The notes beneath the pieces are model-generated. The model saw only the letters and a list, made by a program, of their open reading frames with translations. It ran no database searches and had not been told where the DNA came from. Positions 29,836 to 40,296 of a stretch of 64,000 nucleotides of DNA are shown piece by piece; within the stretch, counting starts at the first letter, position 1; each line of letters begins with the position of its first letter. The stretch comes from a virus (Duplodnaviria; Caudoviricetes), in the IMG/VR virus record IMGVR_UViG_3300029288_000060, positions 64,001-128,000 of that record; one strand, written 5' to 3'. The translations under genes and the position numbers were made by a program.

Positions 29836-30536
29836 TTGTTTTCTTTCCTTAAAACAGTAAATCCCCAGACTCGAGCTTTACCTATACCTTTTTTAACTTC
29901 AACGCCCCAATCATCAACCGATACTTTTACTAGGGTATTACCATTCGGCCAAATACCAAGCCCAAAGCTATTTTCACAATCTTTTCTCATATCACATTTC
30001 CAATCTTTATAATATCTTCCTTTTTTGTAGAAGATCGTTTTATTATAATTTCCACGACCATAAACATCGTGATTTCGGAAAGCATACAAGAATTCACCGT
30101 CAAATTTAAGATTATGTTTCTTAACATACTCTTTTATTTCTTTAATCTTTTGTTTTTTTGTTTTGGAAATATGAACAACATCATGTAATATGTTGTTAAC
30201 TTTATCTTCAAACTCTTTTATAAATTTTTTAGAGAGTTTTTGATGTTTACTAATATTATCCCAATTAACTTTACCTTTAAACTCCCTTATAAATTTTTGC
30301 GAGAGTTTTTGATATTTACTAATATTATCCCAATTAACTTTACCTTTAAACTCCCTTATAAATTTTTGCGAGAGTTTTTGATATTTACTAATGTAACTCC
30401 AATTAACCCTATTTTTAAACTCGCGTATGAAACCTTCAGAGAGTTTTTGATATTGACTAATGTAATTCCAGTGATGTTTATCCTCAAGTTGTAGCTGTTT
30501 CATTGGTTTTTCTTTATTATTGGTTGAATTTCTCAA
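29832..30536 (-). CDS. Tryptophan-repeat protein
   Basis: Four 22-23-aa W..ISKYQKLS..FIREFK units. Confidence 0.7.
   Translation of the reverse strand: MRNSTNNKEKPMKQLQLEDKHHWNYISQYQKLSEGFIREFKNRVNWSYISKYQKLSQKFIREFKGKVNWDNISKYQKLSQKFIREFKGKVNWDNISKHQKLSKKFIKEFEDKVNNILHDVVHISKTKKQKIKEIKEYVKKHNLKFDGEFLYAFRNHDVYGRGNYNKTIFYKKGRYYKDWKCDMRKDCENSFGLGIWPNGNTLVKVSVDDWGVEVKKGIGKARVWGFTVLRKENK
30190..30475 (-). repeat. 69-nt coding tandem repeat (about 4 copies)
   Basis: Near-identical units at about 30231-30368. Confidence 0.8.
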
Positions 30537-30547
30537 TTTTTCACCTA

Positions 30548-31540
30548 TTATAATTCATATGGACAAGTCATTTGATTATTTTTTAATTTTTCTCTAAACA
30601 TTTGAAAAGCTTCACCATTCTGCCATATTCTTTTAATTGGATTTTCTTCATTAATCGGAGTTCCATACTCATATTTATTACCAAATGAACATGGCATAAA
30701 ACGCATATCCGGTGAAATATAACAACTCATTCTTGATCCTTCACAGGTATCAACAAAGAGTTTTTCTGTTTCATTTAATTCTCTTACTTGACTAACTTTA
30801 TTAATCATGCAAGAATCACAACCAATTTTGAAAATACTTTTTGGTTCAAGTAATTTATCTGAAAATTCTTTGATTTGATTTTTATTTAGGCATAAATACT
30901 TTTTGTCTGCTCCATTTCCTTGAGGTTTAAATAAAAGAAATACAACAGCATTTAGCTTTTCAATAGGAAATCTGCCATACCAAATATCTTCACCATTTAA
31001 AATTCTGATTGCATCACCGAATGTTTCATCTGAAATTACAAAATGAATATTAGTTTTAATTTCGGCATTTATAAACTTATTTAACGCCAAGTATGTATAA
31101 TCATTATTATAGTTCGATACAGCTACAGCACCTACCCATTTTTTTGTAATTTCAACTTCCTCATCAGTGAGTCCATTACCAGAAGTGGTATAATTTGGAG
31201 CCACATTATTTTTCCTGCAATATTCCATAATTTCATTAAAATTTTCATGTTTATTTGGATCCCCTTTGCCACCAAGAGCAACTTGATTGATATGATCTTT
31301 ACATTGATCAATAATCATTTTGAAGTTTTCCAACGTCATATTTGGTTCATTGATACTTCCTTGGTAACATATTTTACAATTATTAAAACAATGTCCCATA
31401 ACTCCAACATCAATCATACTTGGAGCATCAAGAATAAATGGATCAGGATTTCCGTTAATACCAGATAATACTTCAGCTCCAGTTATCCCATTAAACAAAA
31501 TTATATATTTTTCTGTTTCAATCTTTTTAGTAAATATCAT
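30548..31540 (-). CDS. Radical SAM protein with SPASM/twitch-like C-terminus
   Basis: CFNNCKIC motif, VALGGKGDP, YTTSG, CEGSRMSCYISPD..FMPCSF. Confidence 0.85.
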   Translation of the reverse strand: MIFTKKIETEKYIILFNGITGAEVLSGINGNPDPFILDAPSMIDVGVMGHCFNNCKICYQGSINEPNMTLENFKMIIDQCKDHINQVALGGKGDPNKHENFNEIMEYCRKNNVAPNYTTSGNGLTDEEVEITKKWVGAVAVSNYNNDYTYLALNKFINAEIKTNIHFVISDETFGDAIRILNGEDIWYGRFPIEKLNAVVFLLFKPQGNGADKKYLCLNKNQIKEFSDKLLEPKSIFKIGCDSCMINKVSQVRELNETEKLFVDTCEGSRMSCYISPDMRFMPCSFGNKYEYGTPINEENPIKRIWQNGEAFQMFREKLKNNQMTCPYEL

Positions 31541-31842
31541 ATCTGACCTTTCTTATTTTCTTTTTTTATTTTCTTTTTGGTCGGTTCTTTTTCAATTTTC
31601 ATATTAATTTCAGGTAAATTAGCAATTGAAACATCATTACATGAAGTTTGTGTAAGTTCATTAATAAGCATTATAACAGCTTCAAAACCTCTTGTGAATG
31701 ATGAAGCAATACATTTCATTACTTTTTTATTTATGTCTTTTCTTTCTAAATCCCAGATGTTATATATCTCTCCATTTGGCATATTTACCCAGATTGATAT
31801 ATAACCATCTCTTTCTTTTAGAGTGATTTTTGGTTCATACAT
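31537..31842 (-). CDS. Hypothetical protein
   Basis: AGGAG RBS, coupled to the radical SAM gene. Confidence 0.55.
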   Translation of the reverse strand: MYEPKITLKERDGYISIWVNMPNGEIYNIWDLERKDINKKVMKCIASSFTRGFEAVIMLINELTQTSCNDVSIANLPEINMKIEKEPTKKKIKKENKKGQI

Positions 31843-31856
31843 TCTAAATCTCCTAA

Positions 31857-32396
31857 TTAATGTTCATTAATTCTAATATGTGGTAGTTTTTCGAATGTGC
31901 CTCCATGTTCCATTTCTCCCCAAAAACTGCCATCCTCATCAGCATAACGATAAAAATAAATAAACCCTTTATCATTTTTAACAATTAATTTTTTTAGCTC
32001 ATTAACACCACAATTTAGTGAATCATACCCAAAAAATGAATGTTTTTCTATTTTTAGTATAATATCGTCTACTTGATCTATAGGAACTAATATATGCGGA
32101 ATTCTTTTTGATGTAGATTCAATGATTTCATTTACAAGATCTTCCACAATCATCCTATCTAAATGTCTTGTTAAAATAGAACGAATAAGTTCTATTAGCT
32201 CTATTTCTTTATCATCTACTCGAAAATCTATTTTTATTGGAGTTTGTTCCAATGATTCCCTAAAAACAACTTCAGCTTTGTCAACCGACATATATTTTTT
32301 TACGTCTACTATTGTTTCTATTTTCTTTGGAAAAATAACTATGAAAGATGAAGAAGAAGAATTAGTTACAAAGTCTTGTTTAATTTTCATACTCAC
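31857..32396 (-). CDS. TNSSS-motif protein 4 (likely start MKIKQ at 32390)
   Basis: MKIKQDFVTNSSSSSF; C-terminal YADEDG...EMEHG...INEH. Confidence 0.65.
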   Translation of the reverse strand: MSMKIKQDFVTNSSSSSFIVIFPKKIETIVDVKKYMSVDKAEVVFRESLEQTPIKIDFRVDDKEIELIELIRSILTRHLDRMIVEDLVNEIIESTSKRIPHILVPIDQVDDIILKIEKHSFFGYDSLNCGVNELKKLIVKNDKGFIYFYRYADEDGSFWGEMEHGGTFEKLPHIRINEH

Positions 32397-32414
32397 GCTC
32401 CATTTTTTAGAGTT

Positions 32415-32672
32415 TTATAAACCATATGTATTATGGATGAAAGATTGTTTTGCGATTTTTTCTCTATTTTTATAAGGAAGGTCTAAAAATTTTTTTAGAA
32501 TGTTTTTATGTAGATTTCCATAATCATAAAGATAATGTAAGGAAACTACAACAACTTCATCTTTAGTAATATTTTTCCTTCCTGTAGCTTTTATTATGTC
32601 TGCTCCAATTGTTTGCCAAACTACATTTAATGCTAGTTTGACTTTTTTCATTTCATCATTATTTAGAATCAT
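32415..32672 (-). CDS. Hypothetical protein
   Basis: ORF in operon. Confidence 0.5.
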   Translation of the reverse strand: MILNNDEMKKVKLALNVVWQTIGADIIKATGRKNITKDEVVVVSLHYLYDYGNLHKNILKKFLDLPYKNREKIAKQSFIHNTYGL

Positions 32673-34008
32673 TATTATAACTCTCCTTCACTATGCTTAT
32701 TAATTTTTCTTTTTCATTTAGATCTGGATTATCGATAACTAATTCTAACAAGAGATTTAAAATGTCACCAACTTCTTTTCCTGGAGTTAAACCAGTTATT
32801 TCCATTATGTCATATCCATTTACTTTCAAATCAGAAAATTGATTGACAGGATCTTTTCTATTAGCTTGTGTTTTAAAATCTTTAACTAATTTATAAACGT
32901 CTCTCAAAGTACGTTTATGTCTATTTTTTAAATTACCCATTTTATCACATAAGGAAACTCTTAAAAGACTTTGATAAGGGATTGAAAAATCATTTAATAA
33001 TTTTAATGTTCTTCTAATTCCTTTTGGTTGCAATCTTTCACTAGATATTCGCATATGTAATAATACTAAATTTGAAATTATGTTGACTTCTTCATTTGAA
33101 AATTTCAAATTCTCTAATTCTTTTTTGACAACTTTACACCCCGTTTTTTCATGCCCTTTAAACCAAATATTATCTGTTTTTGGATTTATTCTTGATGATA
33201 TAGGTTTTCCGACATCATGTAAATAAGCGGCTAATTTAACTAATGGAAATTTTGTTGATGCATGATCACCTGACATCATACAATGTTCAAAAACATCTTC
33301 TAAATGATATGGTCCACCTGGATGTAAGTAACTATTATTTAAACTTGGAAAAACATATTTTAAAACATCAATGTCATGTAGAGTTTTAAAGAATAATGAT
33401 GCATTTTTAATAGTTAATACTTTAAGAAGTTCTAATCTAATTCTTTCAGGTTTTACATAGAGAACGTATTTAGAATATTCAATTAAATCTTTTAAAGTAT
33501 CTTCTGAAAAAGAACCATTTATTTTTACTAAAAACCTACATGCTCTTATAATTCTGTTTGGATCTTCCCAAATTCTATCTTTACCATTACCATTAAATCT
33601 GATTATTTTCTTTTGAAGATCTTCTTGACCATTTACATAGTCAATAATCTTTTTTGTAATTGGGTCATAAAAAAGAGAATTCATAGTAAAGTCTCTTCTT
33701 TTTGCATCCTCTTCCGCAGATTTAGAAATATTTATATCAACATTTTTATCATTAAAACCTTTGTATGAATCTGTTCTGAATGTTGATACTTCAATATCGT
33801 TAATAAATGTGACTAGAAAACTTTTACCTAAAGTTTTTATTTTTTCATCTTTAAAAATTTTAATTAGTTCATCGGGAGTTGCAATTGTTGCTATGTCTAT
33901 GTCTTTATATGGAATATTAAGAATCATATCTCGAACACAACCACCAACAAAATAACTTTCAAATCCCAGATCTTGTAATTTAGTGATTATATCAAATGCA
34001 CTATTCAT
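32659..34008 (-). CDS. cca: CCA-adding tRNA nucleotidyltransferase with HD domain
   Basis: [56 protein letters not shown]. Confidence 0.9.
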   Translation of the reverse strand: MNSAFDIITKLQDLGFESYFVGGCVRDMILNIPYKDIDIATIATPDELIKIFKDEKIKTLGKSFLVTFINDIEVSTFRTDSYKGFNDKNVDINISKSAEEDAKRRDFTMNSLFYDPITKKIIDYVNGQEDLQKKIIRFNGNGKDRIWEDPNRIIRACRFLVKINGSFSEDTLKDLIEYSKYVLYVKPERIRLELLKVLTIKNASLFFKTLHDIDVLKYVFPSLNNSYLHPGGPYHLEDVFEHCMMSGDHASTKFPLVKLAAYLHDVGKPISSRINPKTDNIWFKGHEKTGCKVVKKELENLKFSNEEVNIISNLVLLHMRISSERLQPKGIRRTLKLLNDFSIPYQSLLRVSLCDKMGNLKNRHKRTLRDVYKLVKDFKTQANRKDPVNQFSDLKVNGYDIMEITGLTPGKEVGDILNLLLELVIDNPDLNEKEKLISIVKESYNNDSK

Positions 34009-34285
34009 CTTCTTTTAAGCACCCACATGAAATTAATTGTCCGTGACATTTAGGACATTCTTCGACGTCACAACCTGGATGATGTATACCACCAATTTTT
34101 ACATTACAATCGTGACATCTTTTATTTTCTATAAAATCACCATTATCATATCTACCAAAATTTCCTCTGGTTTCGTAACCATATCTAATTGGATCCATTG
34201 CATAATTTGGAAAACATATTTTAATATCTTCTCTACATGAATCAACTTCTGACATATCTTTAGCACAACAATGACATATTGACAT
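34001..34285 (-). CDS. Cys/His-rich zinc-binding phage protein
   Basis: RCHDC...[22 protein letters not shown]. Confidence 0.6.
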   Translation of the reverse strand: MSICHCCAKDMSEVDSCREDIKICFPNYAMDPIRYGYETRGNFGRYDNGDFIENKRCHDCNVKIGGIHHPGCDVEECPKCHGQLISCGCLKEDE

Positions 34286-34296
34286 TTTAATCTCCT

Positions 34297-34728
34297 TTAG
34301 AAAAGTTTATCATTTAATTTATCTCTTTTCTTCATAATTAATTTTCCTAAATGATTTAAACCTTTTCCTGTCTTTAAATTTACCCCCCAGTATTCATCTC
34401 CCCAATAGTTTCCTTCTTGAATATATTCTTCTCCTGTTTGTAAGAGCAAAGACTTAAAAGGTTCTTGGTCAAATTTTTGATTGATACATTCTTCCATAAC
34501 TTTTAATTTTCTCTTATTCCATTCTTTTAAATTGATTTCTAATTTTCTTGATTTTTTCTTAACAATTGATGCATCTTCATTTTGACATAATATTTTCCAG
34601 GACAATTCTTGGCTTTTTTCTGATTGATAAGCATGTTCAACACTTGGAAATATTAAACTATTTATTTTTATCAGACATAGATAAAAATTACTTAACCATG
34701 AATATTCATCTTTAAATTGTTTAATCAT
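34297..34728 (-). CDS. NADAR (YbiA-like) family protein
   Basis: [42 protein letters not shown]. Confidence 0.9.
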   Translation of the reverse strand: MIKQFKDEYSWLSNFYLCLIKINSLIFPSVEHAYQSEKSQELSWKILCQNEDASIVKKKSRKLEINLKEWNKRKLKVMEECINQKFDQEPFKSLLLQTGEEYIQEGNYWGDEYWGVNLKTGKGLNHLGKLIMKKRDKLNDKLF

Positions 34729-34750
34729 GTTTTTCTCTCTTTTAAATGAT

Positions 34751-35797
34751 TTATATAAGAAATTGTTTAACTATTTTTCTACATAACTCATCAATTTTAA
34801 CTCTATCTGGAGAATTAGGTAATGAGGTTTTTTCATATAAATCATCAAATTTTTGATCAGAGTTTTCTAATATTTTACTTATTTCATCATATGTATATAC
34901 ACCATTTTTTATATCTAATAAAAATTTAGCATTTGGTGCCGGAAATGTAATTGTGCCAGTTGTTAATAATTCCTCGCCTTCTAAGACTAACCTACATAAA
35001 TGCAAGGCATGTTTTAAATCAAAACCATACTCATTTTCCATTTTTGCTCTTACAGGATTTCTATTCTTTTTCCAATTTTCATATTGATTATAATATCTTT
35101 GTGCTTGAGCATAAGCATTTTCTTTTTGTAAAATATCAATAAATTGTTTTGAAATTGGAATCATGGATTGAATAGCATTTATGTTTATTTGGACAAATTG
35201 TTTACATAGTTGTTTAAAATTATGTGTTTCTTCCATTTGTTCTAATTGTTCTTTTAACGGGTGAAATTCTTTTAAATTTTCAAGTTTTAATGCAAGTAAA
35301 ACATTAAATGCTCCAATTTGATCTTTAGTTAAATCTGATCTAAAAGGAGATAAACCAAAATCTTCTCTTGCAGGTTTTTTCTTTGGTGGGTTTAATAACC
35401 ATTTCCTATGAAGTTTTATTTTGTTGAATTGCATATGAGCATAACCAGAAAAAGTATGTTTTACTTTTTTAGAAATAAATAAATTTTTATTTTTATAAAT
35501 TTGTAACCATTCATCTGAATCTTGTAACCACTTGTTTTTTGGTATAAATAGTAACTCTATTATATTTGGATTATTATCCATGGCTAATTGCATAAATTTT
35601 CTTAGTTCAAAATATACTGTATCATTATTTTTATCTTCAAATTGTTCTGTTCTATATAAAAAACCATAGAAATACTTTTCACTTGGAATAAAAACACCCC
35701 TCTCATCAATATCAGAATCAGGGGAGTTCGTTCCATAAAGATGCGAACCTACGATTGCACGAAAAATCAATTTAAAGTTACCGGGAAGTGTTATCAA
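34751..35797 (-). CDS. Pol-beta-superfamily nucleotidyltransferase (YcgL/RlaP-like)
   Basis: GSHLYGTNSPDSDIDERGVF, NPNIIELLF, FSGYA, KHALHLCRL. Confidence 0.85.
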   Translation of the reverse strand: MITLPGNFKLIFRAIVGSHLYGTNSPDSDIDERGVFIPSEKYFYGFLYRTEQFEDKNNDTVYFELRKFMQLAMDNNPNIIELLFIPKNKWLQDSDEWLQIYKNKNLFISKKVKHTFSGYAHMQFNKIKLHRKWLLNPPKKKPAREDFGLSPFRSDLTKDQIGAFNVLLALKLENLKEFHPLKEQLEQMEETHNFKQLCKQFVQININAIQSMIPISKQFIDILQKENAYAQAQRYYNQYENWKKNRNPVRAKMENEYGFDLKHALHLCRLVLEGEELLTTGTITFPAPNAKFLLDIKNGVYTYDEISKILENSDQKFDDLYEKTSLPNSPDRVKIDELCRKIVKQFLI

Positions 35798-35829
35798 TTA
35801 TATTACCTCCAAAAAAATTTAACGAATAA

Positions 35830-35868
35830 CTTGAGGATATTAGCACTAAATTAACTAATATCCTCAAG
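35830..35868 (-). terminator. Terminator-like hairpin after the 628-aa gene
   Basis: CTTGAGGATATTAG / CTAATATCCTCAAG. Confidence 0.6.
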
Positions 35869-35884
35869 CTTTTATTACTCAGAT

Positions 35885-37771
35885 TTAACTTATTAATTTT
35901 ATTATTGTATCTTTTTCTAAGGATTCTGGAGATAAATCTATTTCACTTTCCTCCTTAGAATTAACAAATTCCGCTCCTGCTTCTGTAAGAACATCGTTTA
36001 AAGTTATGGTTCCAAAATAAAAATCAAAAAGATATTGTCTTACTTTTCTTGTTAATTCTGTTTCACTTGAACTTATTGCTCCAGTTAAATTGCTTTCTAT
36101 GTAGTAAAATTTACATATTTTTGGTGTTGTAACTAACAAACCAAGAATTTTTTGTTTTACATCTATTTTACTACTATCTGAAGCAACAATATCATTAGGA
36201 TTTATCATGTATCGCTTAGAAAAATTAGAAACACCTTTTCCAACAATTATTTTATAAGGAACATCTACATTCTCGCGATAGTTAAAATAGTTGACAAATA
36301 AAATTGCAAGGTTATTCCGATAAGATGACACATGAAACAATTCAGAAGCGCCATGAGGTTTTGGCGCAGTAGTTAAATCACCAGAAAACATAATTCTTTT
36401 TCCGTCATCTCTGTAAGCACCATCCCATCCAACCTTGTTTCCATTTAGATCAATTAAAGAAAGATCTAAGTCAATTCTTGTATCATCAACATTAAACCAA
36501 TTAATACCAAAGACCATACTTTGCGGAATTGTCACAGATGTTCCAACAGGAAAGTTTCCGATAAATTGCTTTTCAGTCGCAGGCAAGGTATATGTTATAC
36601 CTTCTGGAATATAAATCTTCTTCCCAGATACTTTTTCTTTTAAATCATCTGATATAGATTTCAGGATGATATTTAAAGGTTGCATATACAATTCTGCTGG
36701 TTGTTTATCAAAATCAGTTATGAATGATTTCCCATTTCTGATTCTATACATAATGTTATCTGGACTATATAATCTAAACTTTAAAGCATAAGCTAGTCTT
36801 ACTTTCCTAAAAATGTTTGTGTTTTTTAATTCTCTTTTAAGTTTAGTTATATCTAAACTTTTCTTTTTAATATTATTAGTAACATTATTTAGGAAATCTT
36901 CAGGCATAGGTTTATGGTGAGTAACTGCAAGTCTTCTGATCTTATTGGTTATTTTTCTCATTTCTGAATTTGTTCTAAACGCCAAAAATAAGGGTTTGAA
37001 ACGGTAATAAATTGAAGCAAGATTTTCCAATCCATACTTGTCTGAATATTGCTTAAACAATTTTGAAATTCTAATATTTCTTTTTGATTTAATTTCTTCA
37101 ATTGTTTTTTTATCTTTAATTAACAACGTTTTCTCAGTAGCTTTATAGATAGCAAATCTTAAGAATTCGGTTGGATTTTTTGGAATTTGACCCAAATAAT
37201 CATACAAAATTACCCGAATTTCTTTATTTTTAATTTCTGATAATTCTTCTTCATTAATACCAACATAGGTTATAACTTCAACCATATCATTTATGGTATC
37301 CTCTGATAAAGCAATTCCAGAATTTAGAACAACTTGAACTTTTTCTTTTAATTCTTCTTTGGTATATCCTTTTATAACTACCAAAGGTATTTCTTTAATT
37401 TTTATTTTTGGAATTTTTAATCTTTCAGTTGGTATATAAACCAAATTGTTATCATAAATACCAGCAGCTTCAAAACCATATGTGGTTATGTAATGAATTA
37501 TTTGTTGGCATATCAGATATTCCATATCAGCATCTCTGATTATTTTCCATGATTTATGAAAAGTATTGTTCATGACATTAGCATCTAAACCAATACTTTT
37601 TTTAACTATATCAATTAATACTTTTAATTCTTCATCTAAATAGTTAAAAACAACTTCTGGTGAAAAAATAAACCCATATTGAATTGTTTTTGAAACTAAT
37701 TCCTTTGATGGGTTCTTTTTTCCTATTTTCGTAATGGGTACTGCTTTAAACAAATTCACAAAACTCTTCAT
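35885..37771 (-). CDS. Large helical protein with C-terminal TerD-like domain
   Basis: GINW...IDLDLS...GWDG...FSGDLTTAP.P.GASELF resembles TerD-family motifs; N-terminal NNTFHKSW...QQIIHYITTYG. Confidence 0.55.
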   Translation of the reverse strand: MKSFVNLFKAVPITKIGKKNPSKELVSKTIQYGFIFSPEVVFNYLDEELKVLIDIVKKSIGLDANVMNNTFHKSWKIIRDADMEYLICQQIIHYITTYGFEAAGIYDNNLVYIPTERLKIPKIKIKEIPLVVIKGYTKEELKEKVQVVLNSGIALSEDTINDMVEVITYVGINEEELSEIKNKEIRVILYDYLGQIPKNPTEFLRFAIYKATEKTLLIKDKKTIEEIKSKRNIRISKLFKQYSDKYGLENLASIYYRFKPLFLAFRTNSEMRKITNKIRRLAVTHHKPMPEDFLNNVTNNIKKKSLDITKLKRELKNTNIFRKVRLAYALKFRLYSPDNIMYRIRNGKSFITDFDKQPAELYMQPLNIILKSISDDLKEKVSGKKIYIPEGITYTLPATEKQFIGNFPVGTSVTIPQSMVFGINWFNVDDTRIDLDLSLIDLNGNKVGWDGAYRDDGKRIMFSGDLTTAPKPHGASELFHVSSYRNNLAILFVNYFNYRENVDVPYKIIVGKGVSNFSKRYMINPNDIVASDSSKIDVKQKILGLLVTTPKICKFYYIESNLTGAISSSETELTRKVRQYLFDFYFGTITLNDVLTEAGAEFVNSKEESEIDLSPESLEKDTIIKLIS

Positions 37772-37787
37772 GCAATTCTCCTTTTTA

Positions 37788-38107
37788 AAGCGGTTAGTAT
37801 TTTTTAAATTTTAAATAGGAACTAACTATGCTTCAAAAACATAAAACAAGGCGGAGAGTATATTAATCTAAAAGGATTTTTGTATAGGAACTCTCATTTG
37901 CCTTTTTTACAAAGTATAAGCGGGAAGTAGATAAATTATCCAAAATTTTAATAGGAACTTCCTATGCTTATTATAATAGCGAGTGGTATTTATAATCTTA
38001 GCAATTATATTTTTTAGGAACCACTTATGCTATACATTTTTAAAAAATAAAGCGGAGAGTATATTTATCGCAACGATTTTTTGTATAGGAACTCTCATTT
38101 GCTTTAT
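37788..38107 (-). ncRNA. Array of five covarying RNA hairpins
   Basis: Units 37788-37833, 37848-37904, 37917-37970, 37976-38033, 38047-38107; conserved GC/internal loop/UCCUA with a variable but always paired 6-bp stem. Confidence 0.75.
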
Positions 38108-38440
38108 CTTTAATTTGTTCTTAATAAATTAGATTTTATCTCGTTTTTTTGTTTCTTAAATAATAAATTTTCCATGGTTTTAAATTCATGCTCGCTCTCG
38201 TTAGAAAAATCTATAATTAATTTATATTTTTTAGTTAGAAAATCATTAAATTCTTTTTCATTATCCACTTTTTTTACTTATTATTCTTCAACAAAAAAGT
38301 TCTTGCAAGTAAATCATTACGTATTGTCATACCATCTTCCTCCACAATAGAATTACCTGACTTTAAAAATAAAGATATTTTTTTGAAAATTTTTTTAAAA
38401 AATAACATCTTTCCCCCTATACATAATATTTTATTTCAAA

Positions 38441-38530
38441 TATTAATATATATAGTGCTATTCTTTAAACATAAAATCGGAAGTTGTTAAAAAAATTTTT
38501 TAACTTACATAATTTTTAGAACAAATAAAT
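38441..38530. promoter_or_regulatory. Divergent promoter pair (CTATATATATTAA minus; TAGAACAAA plus)
   Basis: Same arrangement as 18957-19020 and 20736-20801. Confidence 0.55.
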
Positions 38531-38545
38531 AAGATCGGAGGGTTT

Positions 38546-39049
38546 ATGATTATTGAAAGATATCTAAATCAATTAAATAAAGAAGATGCTGGAGGATTTG
38601 CAATAGATTCTTTCCCGACTAAAGCTAAATCAAAACCTCTAATTATGTCTTATGAAAAATCAATAGTTGAAGAAGCGTATGATTTAAATACAAAAAGAAT
38701 TATGATTGATTTAGATGGCACTATACACAAATATTCAGAAGGATGGAAGGATGGTACTCTATATGATGAACCTTTTGATGGAGCTAAACAAATTATTAAT
38801 CAATTAAAAAAAGATGGTTTTGAAATAGGTATTTTTACAGCAAGGTTAAGTAAAGAAACCAATGTAGACATTACCAAACAAAAATTAATGATTGAAGAAT
38901 GGCTAACACAGAATGGGATAGAAATAGATTTTATTACTTCTGAAAAATTACCAGCTGAAGTATATGTAGATGACAGAGGTTTACATTTTGAAGGTCAATG
39001 GGATAAAGAATTATATAATGAAATTAAAAATAGAATTGGGGTGAAATAG
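38546..39049 (+). CDS. HAD-superfamily phosphatase with N-terminal extension
   Basis: IDLDGTI, IFTAR, K-LPAEVYVDDR. Confidence 0.8.
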   Translation: MIIERYLNQLNKEDAGGFAIDSFPTKAKSKPLIMSYEKSIVEEAYDLNTKRIMIDLDGTIHKYSEGWKDGTLYDEPFDGAKQIINQLKKDGFEIGIFTARLSKETNVDITKQKLMIEEWLTQNGIEIDFITSEKLPAEVYVDDRGLHFEGQWDKELYNEIKNRIGVK

Positions 39050-39067
39050 AGAACAAATATTAAATGG

Positions 39068-40282
39068 TTGAGTGGGAAGGAGCTTTTTATTAATATGGTG
39101 ATTGTTAAAGAAATTCTAAATAAAAATGAAAATTTAATATGTGATTATGGCTGTGGAAAGAAAGCAAATTTTAGATTTTTAAATGGAAAAGTTTGTTGTG
39201 AAAGTAATTATGGTAAATGTGAAGGAGTTAGACAAAAAAATAGAGAAACTCAAATTGGAAGAAATAGACCAGAATATCAAATTATAAAAATTAAAAACGC
39301 CGTAATAGAAAGAATGAAAAATGAAAGTAAGGAAGAAAAGAAAAAATATGGAAGTAAAAAAAGAAGCATAGAAACTGTTTTAAAATTATGTCCAAATTTT
39401 TTAGAATATGAAGAAATTAGATATAATCCAGGTAATAAAGATGAATTACAAGTAAGATGTAAAAATAAAAATTGTGTACATAGTAAAGAAAATGATGGTT
39501 GGTATACTCCGAATCCTAGAACAATAGAACATAGAATTTCATGTTTAAAAGATGGAAAAATGCATAATGGACATTTTTATTGCTCAAAAGAATGCAGAAT
39601 CACAGATGCAGATCAAATTAGTTATTTTTCTGAGTTAAGATTAAATTATTATAAAAATTTAGATAAAGAAGAACATAATAAATTATATCTTTATCCACGA
39701 AGAATTACAATAGAACAAATTAATAAAAGATATCCAAATTTCTCAAGTATTGAAGAAATAAGGTATCATCCAGGAAAAGAAGTAAATAAAATTATTCAAG
39801 GACATTGTATTAATCCAAATTGTCCTAACAGCAAAGAAAAAGGTGGATGGTTTGATTTAGATCGAAGACAATTAGAAAGTAGGATAATGGCTTTAGAAAA
39901 CTCAAAGTGTAAAGCTAAATTATATTTCTTTTGTAGTAGAGATTGTAAAATTACAAGTGGATTATTTAGCAGAAAACCAAATTCTTTACAAAATGATTTA
40001 GATTTTATAAAATACTCAAAAGAAGTTTGGAAATATACATATTATTCAGTTAAAGATAACAATCATCAAATAAAAAATATAGATTTAAGAAGTAAAAATT
40101 TTCATTTAGATCATAGATATTCTATAACAGAAGGTTTTAAAAATGGTGTTGATCCAAAAATAATTGCGCATTGGAAAAATTTAGAAATCTTAACAAGATT
40201 TAAAAACATTTCAAAACATAAAAAATGTTCAATTAGTTTGGAAACATTACTAACAGAAATAAAAAAAATTGAAATAACATGA
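39068..40282 (+). CDS. Free-standing HNH homing endonuclease (likely start ATG about 39096)
   Basis: CDYGCG module, duplicated EEIRY.PG...C.N.NC module, C-terminal FHLDHRYSI...NLEIL...N.SK. Confidence 0.75.
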   Translation: MSGKELFINMVIVKEILNKNENLICDYGCGKKANFRFLNGKVCCESNYGKCEGVRQKNRETQIGRNRPEYQIIKIKNAVIERMKNESKEEKKKYGSKKRSIETVLKLCPNFLEYEEIRYNPGNKDELQVRCKNKNCVHSKENDGWYTPNPRTIEHRISCLKDGKMHNGHFYCSKECRITDADQISYFSELRLNYYKNLDKEEHNKLYLYPRRITIEQINKRYPNFSSIEEIRYHPGKEVNKIIQGHCINPNCPNSKEKGGWFDLDRRQLESRIMALENSKCKAKLYFFCSRDCKITSGLFSRKPNSLQNDLDFIKYSKEVWKYTYYSVKDNNHQIKNIDLRSKNFHLDHRYSITEGFKNGVDPKIIAHWKNLEILTRFKNISKHKKCSISLETLLTEIKKIEIT

Positions 40283-40296
40283 TAGGAGGAAATCTT

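Noticed and set aside
37788-38107. CRISPR array interpretation of the five-unit repeat
   Set aside because: Units are not identical direct repeats; the stems covary, the variable part lies inside each hairpin, linkers are only about 5-14 nt, and no cas gene is in the window.
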